From an uncultured Planctomycetales bacterium (GTDB lineage Bacteria; Planctomycetota; MHYJ01; JACPRB01): 64,000 nt of DNA. The stretch spans positions 10,595 through 74,594 of the forward strand of contig CAZUJF010000004.1 in NCBI GenBank assembly GCA_964619955.1. The letters are read 5' to 3'. Made by a program: the position numbers and the translations under genes. Below are positions 29,118 through 38,695 of this stretch, piece after piece. Numbering within the stretch: position 1 is the first letter of the stretch; each line of letters starts with the position of its first letter. A model generated the notes under the pieces. It was not told the origin of the DNA. It saw only the letters and a program-made list of their open reading frames with translations, and did not search any database.

Positions 29118-29915
29118 CTACCGCAGCACGAGCACCGGGACCGGGCTTGCGCGGAGGACCTGCTCCGTGACGCTGCCCAGCGTCCAGCGCGTGAAGCCCG
29201 AGCGGCCGTGCGTCGACATCGCGATCAGCGTCGCCTTCAGCGACGCCGCGTGGTCCAGGATCTTCGACGCCGGACGGCCCAGGTCGATATGCACCTGCGC
29301 CTTGCCCGCCGCCACCCCCAGCAGCTTCGCCTTCAGCTCGTCCGCCTGCAGCTGGTAGAAGCGCGACACGACGTCGTCCGCCCCCAGCCTCGACGGCCCC
29401 GCGTAGGCCTCCACCACCCCCAGCAGGTGCAGCGCCCCCGGCCGCGCGGGAAACAGCTTCCACAGCCGGACCAGCCCCTGTTCCGCCAGCTCCGAGCCGT
29501 CCTGCGGCGCCAGCACGCAGCCCAGCAGACTCCCCGCCGGAGACGACCCCTTCGGCACCGCCAGCACCGGCAGCGTCGCCGCCCTCAACACCTGCTCCGC
29601 CACCGAGCCCAGCCGCAGCAGATCCCAGCCGCTCCGTCCGTGCATCGACAGCGCGATCAGCCCCGCGCCCGACTTCGGCGCCGTCTCCAGGATCACCCTC
29701 GCCGCCGGCCCCGCCTGCGTCAGCCGCACGACCTCGCCGACCCCGGACGCCTTCAGACGCTGCTCGACCCCGTCGAAGTACGATCCCGGCACCACGCTCC
29801 CGTCCGCCGCGTGCAGGAGCACGACCTTCGCGGGACCCAGCCCCGCCACGGCGGCGACGGCCAGGTCCGCCTCGGCGGATCCGTCCAGCGGCAGCAGCAC
29901 TTGGAGCGCACTCAT
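29118..29915 (-). CDS. tandem universal stress protein (two UspA domains)
   Basis: Two repeats of VLLPLDGS...LIALSMHGRSG...GSVAEQVLRAATLPVLAV and LIAMSTHGRSGFTRWTLGSVTEQVLRASPVPVLVLR. Confidence 0.8.
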   Translation of the reverse strand: MSALQVLLPLDGSAEADLAVAAVAGLGPAKVVLLHAADGSVVPGSYFDGVEQRLKASGVGEVVRLTQAGPAARVILETAPKSGAGLIALSMHGRSGWDLLRLGSVAEQVLRAATLPVLAVPKGSSPAGSLLGCVLAPQDGSELAEQGLVRLWKLFPARPGALHLLGVVEAYAGPSRLGADDVVSRFYQLQADELKAKLLGVAAGKAQVHIDLGRPASKILDHAASLKATLIAMSTHGRSGFTRWTLGSVTEQVLRASPVPVLVLR

Positions 29916-30871
29916 GACGGCCTCCCGGATTCAGGCAGCGCCTCCGCCTTCGCCGCGTGTTTCGGCGGCCAGAGCAGCGACGCCGCGATCGACAGCGCCA
30001 GCACCCCCACGATCACCCCCAGCGAGAGGCCGATCGGGATGTGGACGCCGAAATACACGATCAACATCTTCACGCCGACGAAGGACAGGATGAACGCCAG
30101 CCCGTACTTGAGGTACACGAAGAGCCCCATGCAGCCCGCCAGCGCGAAATACAACGAGCGCAGCCCCAGGATCGCGAAGACGTTCGACGTGTAGACGATG
30201 AACGTGTCCGTCGTCACCGCGAAGATCGCCGGGATCGAGTCCAGCGCGAAGACGAGGTCCGTCATCTCCACCGTCAGCAGGACCAGGAACAGCGGCGTCG
30301 CCAGGCGTTTCCCGTTCTCCTTGACGAAGAAGTTCGCCTCCCGGTAGTCCGTCGTCACCGGGAACAGCTTCCGGAAGAGCCGGACGACGACGTTCTCCCC
30401 GACCTCCTTCTCGCTCTCCTTCGAGAAGGCCAGCTTGACCCCCGTGACCACCAGCAGCGCGCCGAAGACGTACATGATCCAGCTGAACTGCTTGATCAGC
30501 GCCGCCCCCACCACGATCATGCCCGCCCGCATCACCAGCGCCCCGAGGATGCCCCAGAAGAGCACCTTGTGCTGATAGGCCGGCTGCACCTTGAAGTACG
30601 AGAAGAGCACGAGAATGACGAAGAGGTTGTCGACGCTCAGCGACTTCTCGAGCACGTAGCCCGTCAGGAATTTCAGCGCGAGATCCGGGCCCTTCCAGTG
30701 CCAGATCCAGGCGTTGAAGATCAGCGCCAGCACGACCCAGACGGCGCTCCACGCGAGCGCCTCCTTCACCTTGACCGTGTGCGATTTGCGGTGAAAGACC
30801 CCCAGATCCAGCGCCAGCATCACGAGGACGAAGGCGTTGAACGCGACCCACGGGATCCATTGTTCGGGCAT
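29912..30871 (-). CDS. TerC-family integral membrane protein
   Basis: Typical TerC sequence VLEKSLSVDNLFVILVLFSYFKVQPAYQHKVLFWGILGALVMRAGMI and a second half LDSIPAIFAVTTDTFIVYTSNVFAILGLRSLYF. Coupled to the USP gene (overlap at 29912-29915). Confidence 0.85.
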   Translation of the reverse strand: MPEQWIPWVAFNAFVLVMLALDLGVFHRKSHTVKVKEALAWSAVWVVLALIFNAWIWHWKGPDLALKFLTGYVLEKSLSVDNLFVILVLFSYFKVQPAYQHKVLFWGILGALVMRAGMIVVGAALIKQFSWIMYVFGALLVVTGVKLAFSKESEKEVGENVVVRLFRKLFPVTTDYREANFFVKENGKRLATPLFLVLLTVEMTDLVFALDSIPAIFAVTTDTFIVYTSNVFAILGLRSLYFALAGCMGLFVYLKYGLAFILSFVGVKMLIVYFGVHIPIGLSLGVIVGVLALSIAASLLWPPKHAAKAEALPESGRPS

Positions 30872-30917
30872 CGGGCCGGTATTGTGACGACGGAAGGGGG
30901 TCCGCGCTACCTGAAAA

Positions 30918-31409
30918 TCAGAATTTCCCGAGCGTCCTCAGGCCGGCCGACAGGAAGAGCCGCGTCAGGAAGCGCTCCCGGCAGCCCGGCTCCCCCAGGC
31001 GGCCCTCCTCCTCCACCGCCGCGTGCGGGTACCGCGCCAGGACGGCCTCCGCGAAAAACCCCGGCCGGCCGCTCCGGTTGACGTCGCGGACCCCGCAGCT
31101 CGGTGACCGGCTCTTGAGGAGGAAGCCGTCGACGGGCCCCAATCCGTTCAACCAGGCTTCCGCGAACCTCCGCATGTCCGCCGTGAGATCGCGCCCCGTG
31201 GAGGGCTGCAGGAGCCGGCCGCCGACCCGCTCGATGGGCGCCCGCGGCACGCCGAGGCCGATCTCCATCTCGGGGCACACCGTCCGGAGCTCGACGTGGG
31301 GCGCGAGCTCGGCGAAGAAGGCGTCGCGGATCGCCCGGCCGTCGTAGCGGACCCCGGCATCACCCAGGCAGAGGCTCGCCACCAGGATGGGCCGCGGCGC
31401 CTTCGGCAT
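30918..31409 (-). CDS. DUF523/TudS-like (2-thiouracil desulfurase family) protein
   Basis: Start chosen at MPKAPRPILVASLCLGDAGVRYDGRAIRD...VCPEMEIGLGVPR, which matches the TudS/DUF523 N-terminal Cys-cluster pattern. The 5' extension of ORF 30918..31769 is junk. Confidence 0.55.
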   Translation of the reverse strand: MPKAPRPILVASLCLGDAGVRYDGRAIRDAFFAELAPHVELRTVCPEMEIGLGVPRAPIERVGGRLLQPSTGRDLTADMRRFAEAWLNGLGPVDGFLLKSRSPSCGVRDVNRSGRPGFFAEAVLARYPHAAVEEEGRLGEPGCRERFLTRLFLSAGLRTLGKF

Positions 31410-31503
31410 CGGAATGGAGTACCATGAACCGCTTCCATGACGCCAGCGTTGCGGATCCGGACCCTGAACGAAGCGCCCGGGAACGGGTAGACTCCACGCA
31501 GCC

Positions 31504-33348
31504 ATGAGCGAGAGCACGCCCGCCCCTTCCCTGAAGCTGAAGACGCTCTGGCCGGAGATCCGGGCCCTCGTCCGGCCGCGGCGCGGGCTGCTCGCGCTGG
31601 GCCTCGTCCTCATGGCCGTCAACCGCGTCGCCGGCCTCGTGCTCCCGGCCGCCTCCAAGTTCCTCATCGACGACGTCATCCTCCGGCACCGGCAGCAGCT
31701 GCTCTGGCCGCTGCTCCTCTCCGTCCTGGGGGCGACGCTGGTCCAGGGCGCCTCGTCGTTCGCGCTCACCCAGCTGCTCTCGAAAGCCGCCCAGCGCCTG
31801 ATCGCCGAACTGCGGCAGAAAGTCCAGGCGCACGTCGGCCGCCTGCCCGTGTCCTATTACGACTCCAACAAATCCGGGGCGCTGGTCTCCCGCATCATGA
31901 CCGACGTGGAGGGCGTGCGGAACCTGATCGGCACCGGCCTGGTCGAACTCGTCGGCGGCCTGCTCACCGCGGCGCTCGCCCTGGTCGTGCTCACTCGCCT
32001 CAGCCCCTCCATGACCCTCTTCGCGTTCAGCTGCCTCCTCGTGTTCTCCCTCGTCCTCCGGAAGGCCTTCAAGACCTTGCGGCCCGTCTTCCGCGAGCGG
32101 GGGAAAATCAACGCGGAGGTCACCGGACGGCTCACGGAATCGCTGGGCGGCGTGCGCGTGGTGAAGGGCTATCACGCCGAGGAGGGCGAGGAGCGCGTCT
32201 TCGCCGCCGGCGTGAAGCGGCTGCTCGACAACGTCCTGCGCACCCTCACCGGCATGTCCCTGATGAGCCTCGCCTCGACGCTGCTCCTGGGCTTCGTGGG
32301 CGCCGTGATCATGTACCTGGGCGCGCGGCAGATCGAGGCGGGGACCCTGACGCTGGGGGAGTTCTTCACGTACACGCTCTTCCTCGGATTCCTGGTGGCC
32401 CCCATCTTCCAGCTCGTGAGCATCGGGACCCAGATCACGGAGGCGCTCGCCGGACTGGAACGCACGCGCGAAGTCATGAGCCAGCGGCCGGAGGATGCCG
32501 ACCCCGACCGCACGGAAGTCCTGGCCGCACCGCGGGGCGAGATCCGCTTCGAATCCGTCGGCTTCGCCTACGAGGCGGACAAACCCGTGCTCAAGAACGT
32601 CGGCTTCAGCGCGGCCCCGGGCAGCGTCACGGCCCTCGTGGGATCCTCGGGGTCGGGCAAGTCGACGATCATCAGCCTGATCGCGGCGTTCTACAAACCG
32701 TCGTCCGGCAGGATCCTCGTCGACGGGATCGATCTCAGCCGGGTTCGGCTCGACTCCTACCGGCGGTCCCTCGGCGTCGTCCTGCAGGACTCCTTCCTCT
32801 TCGACGGCAGCATCCGGGACAACGTCCTCTTCTCGCGTCCCGGCGCGGGCGAAGAAGATCTTCGTCGAGTCTGCGGCATCGCACGCGTGGACGAGTTCGC
32901 GGAAGGCTTCGAGAAGGGTTACGACACGATCGTCGGCGAGCGCGGCGTGAAGCTCTCCGGGGGGCAGCGCCAGCGGATCTCGATCGCGCGCGCGCTGCTG
33001 GCCGACCCGAGGATCCTGATCCTCGACGAGGCGACGTCGAGCCTCGACTCCGAATCCGAAACCCTGATCCAGGAGGGGCTTTCGAAGCTCATGGCCGGGC
33101 GGACGACCTTCGTGATCGCCCACCGCCTGAGCACGATCCGGAAGGCGGACCAGATCCTCGTGGTGGAGGGCGGCGAGATCGTCGAGCGCGGGACGCACGC
33201 GCAGCTCTTCGCCGCGCGGGGCCGCTACCACGACCTCTACACGCGGCAGCACGGGGTGGAATCCAACCTCTTCCTGGCCCCGGGCGAGGGCGACGCCGCG
33301 ATCGAAGCCCCGCCTCCCCCGCCCTCCGAGCCCGGCAGCGCGATTTAA
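31504..33348 (+). CDS. ABC transporter, fused permease/ATP-binding protein (type I exporter, MsbA-like)
   Basis: Six-TM domain followed by an NBD: Walker A GSSGSGKST, signature LSGGQRQR, Walker B ILILDEATS. The convergent stop overlaps in TTAA with the 33345 gene. Confidence 0.9.
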   Translation: MSESTPAPSLKLKTLWPEIRALVRPRRGLLALGLVLMAVNRVAGLVLPAASKFLIDDVILRHRQQLLWPLLLSVLGATLVQGASSFALTQLLSKAAQRLIAELRQKVQAHVGRLPVSYYDSNKSGALVSRIMTDVEGVRNLIGTGLVELVGGLLTAALALVVLTRLSPSMTLFAFSCLLVFSLVLRKAFKTLRPVFRERGKINAEVTGRLTESLGGVRVVKGYHAEEGEERVFAAGVKRLLDNVLRTLTGMSLMSLASTLLLGFVGAVIMYLGARQIEAGTLTLGEFFTYTLFLGFLVAPIFQLVSIGTQITEALAGLERTREVMSQRPEDADPDRTEVLAAPRGEIRFESVGFAYEADKPVLKNVGFSAAPGSVTALVGSSGSGKSTIISLIAAFYKPSSGRILVDGIDLSRVRLDSYRRSLGVVLQDSFLFDGSIRDNVLFSRPGAGEEDLRRVCGIARVDEFAEGFEKGYDTIVGERGVKLSGGQRQRISIARALLADPRILILDEATSSLDSESETLIQEGLSKLMAGRTTFVIAHRLSTIRKADQILVVEGGEIVERGTHAQLFAARGRYHDLYTRQHGVESNLFLAPGEGDAAIEAPPPPPSEPGSAI

Positions 33349-35579
33349 TGCGCCTCGGGCGAGAGGCGCTCGTAGGGGAGCATCGTGGGCAGCTCCTCCA
33401 GGGTGATCTGCCCCGCCGAGACCAGCTCCAGCGCGCTGTCGCGGAGCGGCACCAGGCCCGCCTTGAACGCCAGCGCGCGCAGCTCGTCCAGCGGCGGGCG
33501 CATCGAGATCGCCGTCCGCAGCGGGATGTTGGTCTTGAGGAACTCCACCACCGCCACGCGGCCGATCGTCCCGTGGCCGCCGCAGCGGAGGCAGCCCGCG
33601 CCGCGGTAGAACTTCTGCCCGGCCGGGACGCCGGACGGGAACACCGCCTTGAGCAGGTCCTCTTTCGGCGACGCCTCGACCCGGCAGCCCTCGCAGATCC
33701 GGCGCGCGAGACGCTGGCTGATCACCGACAGCAGCTCGCTCGCGATCGAGTTCGGATGCATGCCCAGGTCCACGAGGCGCTGGACGGCGTCCGTCGTGTC
33801 GTTGCAGTGCAGCGTGGAGAGGACCAGGTGGCCGGTCTGCGAGGCGCGGATGCCCTCGAGCGCCGTCTCGGCGTCGCGGATCTCCCCCACGAGGATCACG
33901 TCGGGGTCCTGGCGCACGAACGAACGCATGGCGTGGGCGAAGGAGAATCCGATCTCGGGCCTCACGTGCGTCTGCTGGACGTCCTCGATCGAATACTCGA
34001 TCGGGTCCTCGACCGTGATCACCTTCCGCGTCGGGTCGCGGGCGAGGATCTCGAGCCCGGCGTAGAGCGTGGTGCTCTTGCCGGAGCCCGTGGGCCCGAC
34101 GACGAGCACCAGGCCGGACGGATGTTCCAGCAGGCGGCGGTACTCCGCGGCCAGCCGCGGGGCGAAGCCCAGGTCCTCGATGGTCAGCAGCTTGCTGTCC
34201 TGGGGCAGCAGCCGGACGACGACATGCTCCCCGTGCAGGGAGGGCTGCGTCTGCACCCGCAGGTCGAAGTTCTTTCCGGACGTCTTGACCCGGATGCGCC
34301 CGCCCTGGGGCAGGCGCCGCTCGGAGATGTCCATCTCCCCCCGGATCTTGATCACGTTCACGATGCCCAGCAGGTCCGCCGGGGACAGCCGGTAGCGGGT
34401 CATGTCCCGGAGGTCGCCGTCGACCCGCATCCGCACCCGGACGCGAGGGCCGTAGCGCTCCAGATGGATGTCGCTGGAACGCTCCCCGATGGCGTCCAGC
34501 AGCATGGATTCGAAGAGCTGGATGTAACGGGCCTCGGAGCGGTGTTCGCCGGACTGCAGTTCGTCCTCGACCCCGGCCGCGACGGGGGGCGCCGTCTTGG
34601 CCCCGCTCTTGAGCAGGTCGGCCGTCGCCCAGAGGCGCCGGTAGTCGGTGGGCGTCACCAGGATGAGCTCGACCACGGAGGGATGAAAGGCTTTCGCCAG
34701 CTCCGCGACCTGGAGATCGGGGTCGCAGGTGGCCACCCGCATGTCGCCCTTGCCCCGGCTCACCGGAATCATCCGATGGTGCTCGAGGAAGAGCCGGGAG
34801 AGCGACCCCACGAGATCCAGATCCAGCTCCGGCGTCAGCGAGTCCACGGTCTCGAAGCGGATGCCCCGCTGTTCGGCGAGGGCGCGGTAGAGGTCGGCCT
34901 CGGGGACCTGGCCCTGGTCCCGCAGCAGCTCCCCCAGGAGCCGGTGCTGGCCGGCCGCCTCGCGCGCCAGCTGGTCCACCTTCTCGCGGTCGACGGCGCC
35001 CGCCTCCACCAGGAGGTCCCCGAGGCGGCGCACGTGGCGGAGCTCGCCGAGGCGCTCCTCGACGAATTCCTCCTCCGCCTTCCGGACCGTCCGGACCAGC
35101 ATCGTCTTCGAGCGGATCTGGACCAGGCGGCCGCCGACGGCCAGGCGCCGCTTCAGGTCGGGCGGCAGCGTCACGGCCCCGCAGCCGACCAGGATGGCGT
35201 CGTAGTCCTGTCCGCCGACGCGGGGCGAGATCTTCACGCGGGAGATCTCCAGCTCCGCCAGCGTCTTCCGGGCCGCCGCGGCGAGAGGCTCGCACTCCTC
35301 GACGCCGAAGACCTCCGCTCCGAGCTTGGACAGCACGGCGCTGCTGAAGCCCACGCCGGAGCCGATCTCGAGCACCCGCTGGCCCGGCTTGAGTTCCAGG
35401 GCCTCGAGCATCCGGGCGAGCACCTCGACGGGCTGGAGGAGGCGGCCCTCGCGCGCGATGCGGTGCCCCGGATCGCGGTCCAGCGCCGAAAGCTCCGCGG
35501 CGAGGAAACGCTCCCTCGGCACCTCCGAGAAGGCGCGCTCCAGCCGCGGGTCGCGGATCCCCGCGCGTTTCAACGGCAT
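33345..35579 (-). CDS. fusion protein: protein-L-isoaspartate O-methyltransferase (PCMT)-like domain + T2SSE_N domain + GspE/PilB-type secretion ATPase
   Basis: The start MPLKRAGIRDPRLERAF (35579) overlaps the upstream USP stop (TGATG). PCMT motifs VLEIGSGVGFSSAVL and AILVGCGAVTLPPDLKRRLAVGGRLV. GspE motifs: Walker A VVGPTGSGKSTT, VGEIRD, LSTLHCNDT, and the tetra-Cys CEGCR...CLRCGGHG. Confidence 0.8.
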   Translation of the reverse strand: MPLKRAGIRDPRLERAFSEVPRERFLAAELSALDRDPGHRIAREGRLLQPVEVLARMLEALELKPGQRVLEIGSGVGFSSAVLSKLGAEVFGVEECEPLAAAARKTLAELEISRVKISPRVGGQDYDAILVGCGAVTLPPDLKRRLAVGGRLVQIRSKTMLVRTVRKAEEEFVEERLGELRHVRRLGDLLVEAGAVDREKVDQLAREAAGQHRLLGELLRDQGQVPEADLYRALAEQRGIRFETVDSLTPELDLDLVGSLSRLFLEHHRMIPVSRGKGDMRVATCDPDLQVAELAKAFHPSVVELILVTPTDYRRLWATADLLKSGAKTAPPVAAGVEDELQSGEHRSEARYIQLFESMLLDAIGERSSDIHLERYGPRVRVRMRVDGDLRDMTRYRLSPADLLGIVNVIKIRGEMDISERRLPQGGRIRVKTSGKNFDLRVQTQPSLHGEHVVVRLLPQDSKLLTIEDLGFAPRLAAEYRRLLEHPSGLVLVVGPTGSGKSTTLYAGLEILARDPTRKVITVEDPIEYSIEDVQQTHVRPEIGFSFAHAMRSFVRQDPDVILVGEIRDAETALEGIRASQTGHLVLSTLHCNDTTDAVQRLVDLGMHPNSIASELLSVISQRLARRICEGCRVEASPKEDLLKAVFPSGVPAGQKFYRGAGCLRCGGHGTIGRVAVVEFLKTNIPLRTAISMRPPLDELRALAFKAGLVPLRDSALELVSAGQITLEELPTMLPYERLSPEAH

Positions 35580-36415
35580 CAAGGCGCGCCTCCGGGCCTC
35601 GTCCACGGCTCGGCCCGAAGTCCGGGGGCGGCCTCGGGGGGGCACACGAGCAGCGGGCAGGCGGCATGGCGCAGAACGTATTCCGTCACGCTGCCGGTCA
35701 GCAGGCGCGAGATCCCGCTGCGGTGGTGGCTCATCATGCAGATGAGGCCGATGTTCGACTCCTTCGCATAACGCACGATCTCCTCCCCGGGATGCCCGTG
35801 GCGGAGCACCGGCATCGATTTGAGCCCGGCAGCCTCGAGGCGCGCCCGGTGGGAGGCGAGGTACTCGACCGGATCGCTGTCGCGGGTGATCCTCAGCAGA
35901 TGCAGGAGGGCGTGGTTCTCGGAGGCCAGGCGCCGCGCGGCCGGCAGGATCAGCTCCGATTCGGGGCTGCCGTCGAGCGTCACCAGGATCTGACCCCAGG
36001 AAGCCCCCTTGTCCCCCGGCCGGGTGAGGAGCAGCGGGACGCGGGCCTGACGGAGGACCTCCTCGGCCACGCTGCCCATCAGGGCCTTGGGCACGACGCC
36101 GCGTCCGTGGGTGGTCATGGCGATCAGGGACTGCTGCCGGGCCTTCGCGAAGAGCAGGATCTCCTCGGCGGGCCGACCCAGCCCCAGGGCGCTGAAGACC
36201 TCGATGCGCTGCGAGTGGAGGCGGCGGCGGACGTCCTCCAGGTAATGCTTCGCCTCGGCCGCCGCCGGCGGGTTGTCCGCCGCGGCCACGCGGAAGAGGG
36301 TGGCGTCGATCAGCGTCTGCCGGAGGGGCAGTTTCAGACAGGACAGGATCGTCTCGGAATCCCCGGAGCCGTCGAGCGGGACGACCGTGGGGATCGGGCG
36401 CCGGTTCATAGCCAC
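35579..36415 (-). CDS. tandem universal stress protein
   Basis: Two Usp repeats (LIAMTTHGRGVVPKALMGSVAEEVLRQARVPLLL and LICMMSHHRSGISRLLTGSVTEYVLRHAACPLLV). Confidence 0.8.
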   Translation of the reverse strand: MAMNRRPIPTVVPLDGSGDSETILSCLKLPLRQTLIDATLFRVAAADNPPAAAEAKHYLEDVRRRLHSQRIEVFSALGLGRPAEEILLFAKARQQSLIAMTTHGRGVVPKALMGSVAEEVLRQARVPLLLTRPGDKGASWGQILVTLDGSPESELILPAARRLASENHALLHLLRITRDSDPVEYLASHRARLEAAGLKSMPVLRHGHPGEEIVRYAKESNIGLICMMSHHRSGISRLLTGSVTEYVLRHAACPLLVCPPEAAPGLRAEPWTRPGGAP

Positions 36416-36428
36416 CTCCGCGGCCGGA

Positions 36429-37340
36429 TCAGCCGGAACGGACCATCAGCAGGGGGACGCCGACCGAGCGGAGCACGCGCTCCGCCACGGAGCCGAGCAT
36501 CCAGCGGGCCACCCCGCTGCGGCCGTGCGTCGCCATCACGACCAGATCGATGCCCGAGGCGAAGCTCAGATCCACGATCTCCGCCGCGGGATCGCCCGAA
36601 AGCGTCCGCCGCGTCACGCGCAGGCCGGCTTGATGCAACCGCTCGGCCGCCTTCGCCGTCGCCGGATCCAGGTCCGAGGCGGGCGGGGGCACGGGCTCCA
36701 CCACCGCCGCCTCCATCCCCGGCAGGATCGCGGCCGAGGGCGGCCAGGGCGGGACCACGTGCAGGACGAGGAACTCGGAGTCGAAGCATTGTCCCATCTT
36801 GACCGCGGCGCCCAGCACCGCCAGCGACGCCTCGCTTCCGTCGACCGGCAGCAGGATCTTCCGGAACGGGAACTCCTCGGGGGTCGCGGGCTCCAGGTCT
36901 CCGTGCGGGGTCCGCCGGAACGAGCGGACGAGGAGCACCGGCACGGGGCTCGCCCGCAGGACTTTCTCGGCCACGCTTCCCATCGTCCAGCGCGCGACCC
37001 CGCTGCGTCCGTGGGTGGTCATGGCGATCATGGTCGCGCCTTCGTCCTTCGCCGCCTGCAGCACCGTCTCGGCGGGGGCCCCTTCCGCGACGCGCGCGTG
37101 CACCTTCACCGTGCGGCCCGTGCCGATGCGCTTCGCGAGCTCGTGCAGGTAGGCCTGGGCCTCCTCCCGTTCCCGTGTCACCTGCGCGCCCGTGTCCCGC
37201 CGCTCCAGGGAGGGCGGATGGGAGATCACGCGCAGGAGCAGGATCTCCGCGTCCTCGCGTTTGAGGATGCGTCCGATCTGGCCGAGCACCAGTTCCGCGC
37301 GGGGCGATCCGTCCAGGGGCACCAGCAGACGTTCGAACAT
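36429..37340 (-). CDS. tandem universal stress protein
   Basis: MFERLLVPLDGS...MIAMTTHGRSGVARWTMGSVAEKVLRASPVPVLLV and a second repeat ...LVVMATHGRSGVARWMLGSVAERVLRSVGVPLLMV. Confidence 0.8.
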   Translation of the reverse strand: MFERLLVPLDGSPRAELVLGQIGRILKREDAEILLLRVISHPPSLERRDTGAQVTREREEAQAYLHELAKRIGTGRTVKVHARVAEGAPAETVLQAAKDEGATMIAMTTHGRSGVARWTMGSVAEKVLRASPVPVLLVRSFRRTPHGDLEPATPEEFPFRKILLPVDGSEASLAVLGAAVKMGQCFDSEFLVLHVVPPWPPSAAILPGMEAAVVEPVPPPASDLDPATAKAAERLHQAGLRVTRRTLSGDPAAEIVDLSFASGIDLVVMATHGRSGVARWMLGSVAERVLRSVGVPLLMVRSG

Positions 37341-37484
37341 GGTCGGCGTCCTCCGTCACAAACTCCGGCAGGAAAGAGAGCAAGCGGGGGGCCAGCCTCG
37401 AATCCGCAGGGAGCCGCAGCGGCCCCGCGGACTTTTACGCCCTCTCAGGGGAGAATCCGGGGTCCCGCAGAAAAGGAGGTGACA

Positions 37485-37506
37485 GCTTTTTGCCGGTGCG
37501 TATAAT
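37485..37506 (+). promoter_or_regulatory. putative sigma70-like promoter for tRNA-Ser (GTGACA-16nt-TATAAT)
   Basis: The -10 box TATAAT at 37501-37506 lies about 16 nt upstream of the tRNA 5' end. A GTGACA -35-like hexamer lies 16 nt further upstream. Confidence 0.35.
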
Positions 37507-37522
37507 GCGCTCAGCCGTCCAC

Positions 37523-37614
37523 GGAGAGGTGGCAGAGTGGCCGATTGCGGCGGCTTGCTAAGCCGTTAGTCGGGGTTACCCGACTCCAGGGTTCGAATCC
37601 CTGCCTCTCCGCCA
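37523..37614 (+). tRNA. tRNA-Ser(GCU): tRNA-Ser (anticodon GCU), class II with a long variable arm, CCA encoded
   Basis: Acceptor stem GGAGAGG/CCTCTCC. Three-bp D-stem. Anticodon loop TTGCTAA (GCT). Long variable arm. T-arm CAGGG-TTCGAAT-CCCTG. Discriminator G followed by CCA. Confidence 0.9.
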
Positions 37615-37639
37615 TCCACCCCCCGGGACCCGGAACACG

Positions 37640-38545
37640 ATGACGACGAATTTCACCAAGCTCTCCGACGAGCAGCTCCTCGGCCTGCTCAAGACCCAGG
37701 AGGACGACCTCGACCGCGAGGCCGTCGATGAGATCCTCCGCCGCGGCGAACGCCTGGGACCCCGCCTCCTGCCCATGGCCACCGACGCCGCCCTCTGGGA
37801 CGCCGGGCCCCCCGCCCACGAAGCGCCCGTGCACGCCGTGCTGCTGCTCGGACGCCTCCGGCCCCCCGGCGCCCTCGCCGCCATCCTCGACGCCCTCGAA
37901 CTCGCCATCGAACACGAACAGGTCGACCTGCTCGACCCCGCCTACGATCTGCTCGCCGGCTTCGGACCCGAGCACGTCGCCGAGCTGCGCGCCGCGTATC
38001 CCGACCGCAGCCCCTACGCCCGCCTCTGGCTCAACGACGCCCTCACCTGGATCGGCAGCAAACATCCCGCCGCACGGAGCGCCGCGCGGGACCACCTGCT
38101 GAACTCCGCCCTGAAAGACCCCGAGGACGAAATCCGCGGCACCGCCGCCGAACTCTTCCTCGCCCTCGCCGGGCCCGAAGACCAGGCCGTCCTCGACAAA
38201 CTCCTCCGCGATCACGACCTCGACGAGGCGGACGTCGACGCCGCCCGCGAAGGCAAGGGCCCCCTCCCCATCGACCCTCCGCTCGACCCCCTCGACTTCT
38301 ACAGCGAGGACGCCCGCCTCAACCGCCTGCGCTACAACAACGACCTCGAGGACGACATGGACCTCGAGGAGATCCTCCCCTCCTCCGCCTCCATGCAGGT
38401 CTATTCCCAGATCGCCTCGGCGGAGCCCGACGCGGAGGACGGCGACCTCCGCATCACCCCCCACGTCAACGAGACCGAGGCCCCCGGACGCAACGACCCC
38501 TGCCCCTGCGGGAGCGGCAAGAAACACAAGAAGTGCTGCGGGTAG
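37640..38545 (+). CDS. SEC-C motif domain protein with an N-terminal helical-repeat region
   Basis: The C-terminus NDPCPCGSGKKHKKCCG is a canonical SEC-C metal-binding motif. Acidic linker before it. Confidence 0.75.
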   Translation: MTTNFTKLSDEQLLGLLKTQEDDLDREAVDEILRRGERLGPRLLPMATDAALWDAGPPAHEAPVHAVLLLGRLRPPGALAAILDALELAIEHEQVDLLDPAYDLLAGFGPEHVAELRAAYPDRSPYARLWLNDALTWIGSKHPAARSAARDHLLNSALKDPEDEIRGTAAELFLALAGPEDQAVLDKLLRDHDLDEADVDAAREGKGPLPIDPPLDPLDFYSEDARLNRLRYNNDLEDDMDLEEILPSSASMQVYSQIASAEPDAEDGDLRITPHVNETEAPGRNDPCPCGSGKKHKKCCG

Positions 38546-38695
38546 CCCCGACGGGTTCACCCGGAATAGGCCTGCATCCGCAAACTTTTAAACTTTCCGG
38601 GCCGCACCCATTATGGGCTTGACGCCCCTCCCCGCTTAAGGCACATTTGATCCGCGGATGAACGAAGGCCCGATCCGCGTTGACGATCCACGTCC

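Noticed and set aside
31360-35771. 1435-aa minus-strand and 807-aa plus-strand ORFs across the ABC exporter and PCMT-GspE genes
   Set aside because: The ABC exporter (+) and PCMT-GspE (-) frames have unambiguous Walker motifs. These alternative frames are junk.
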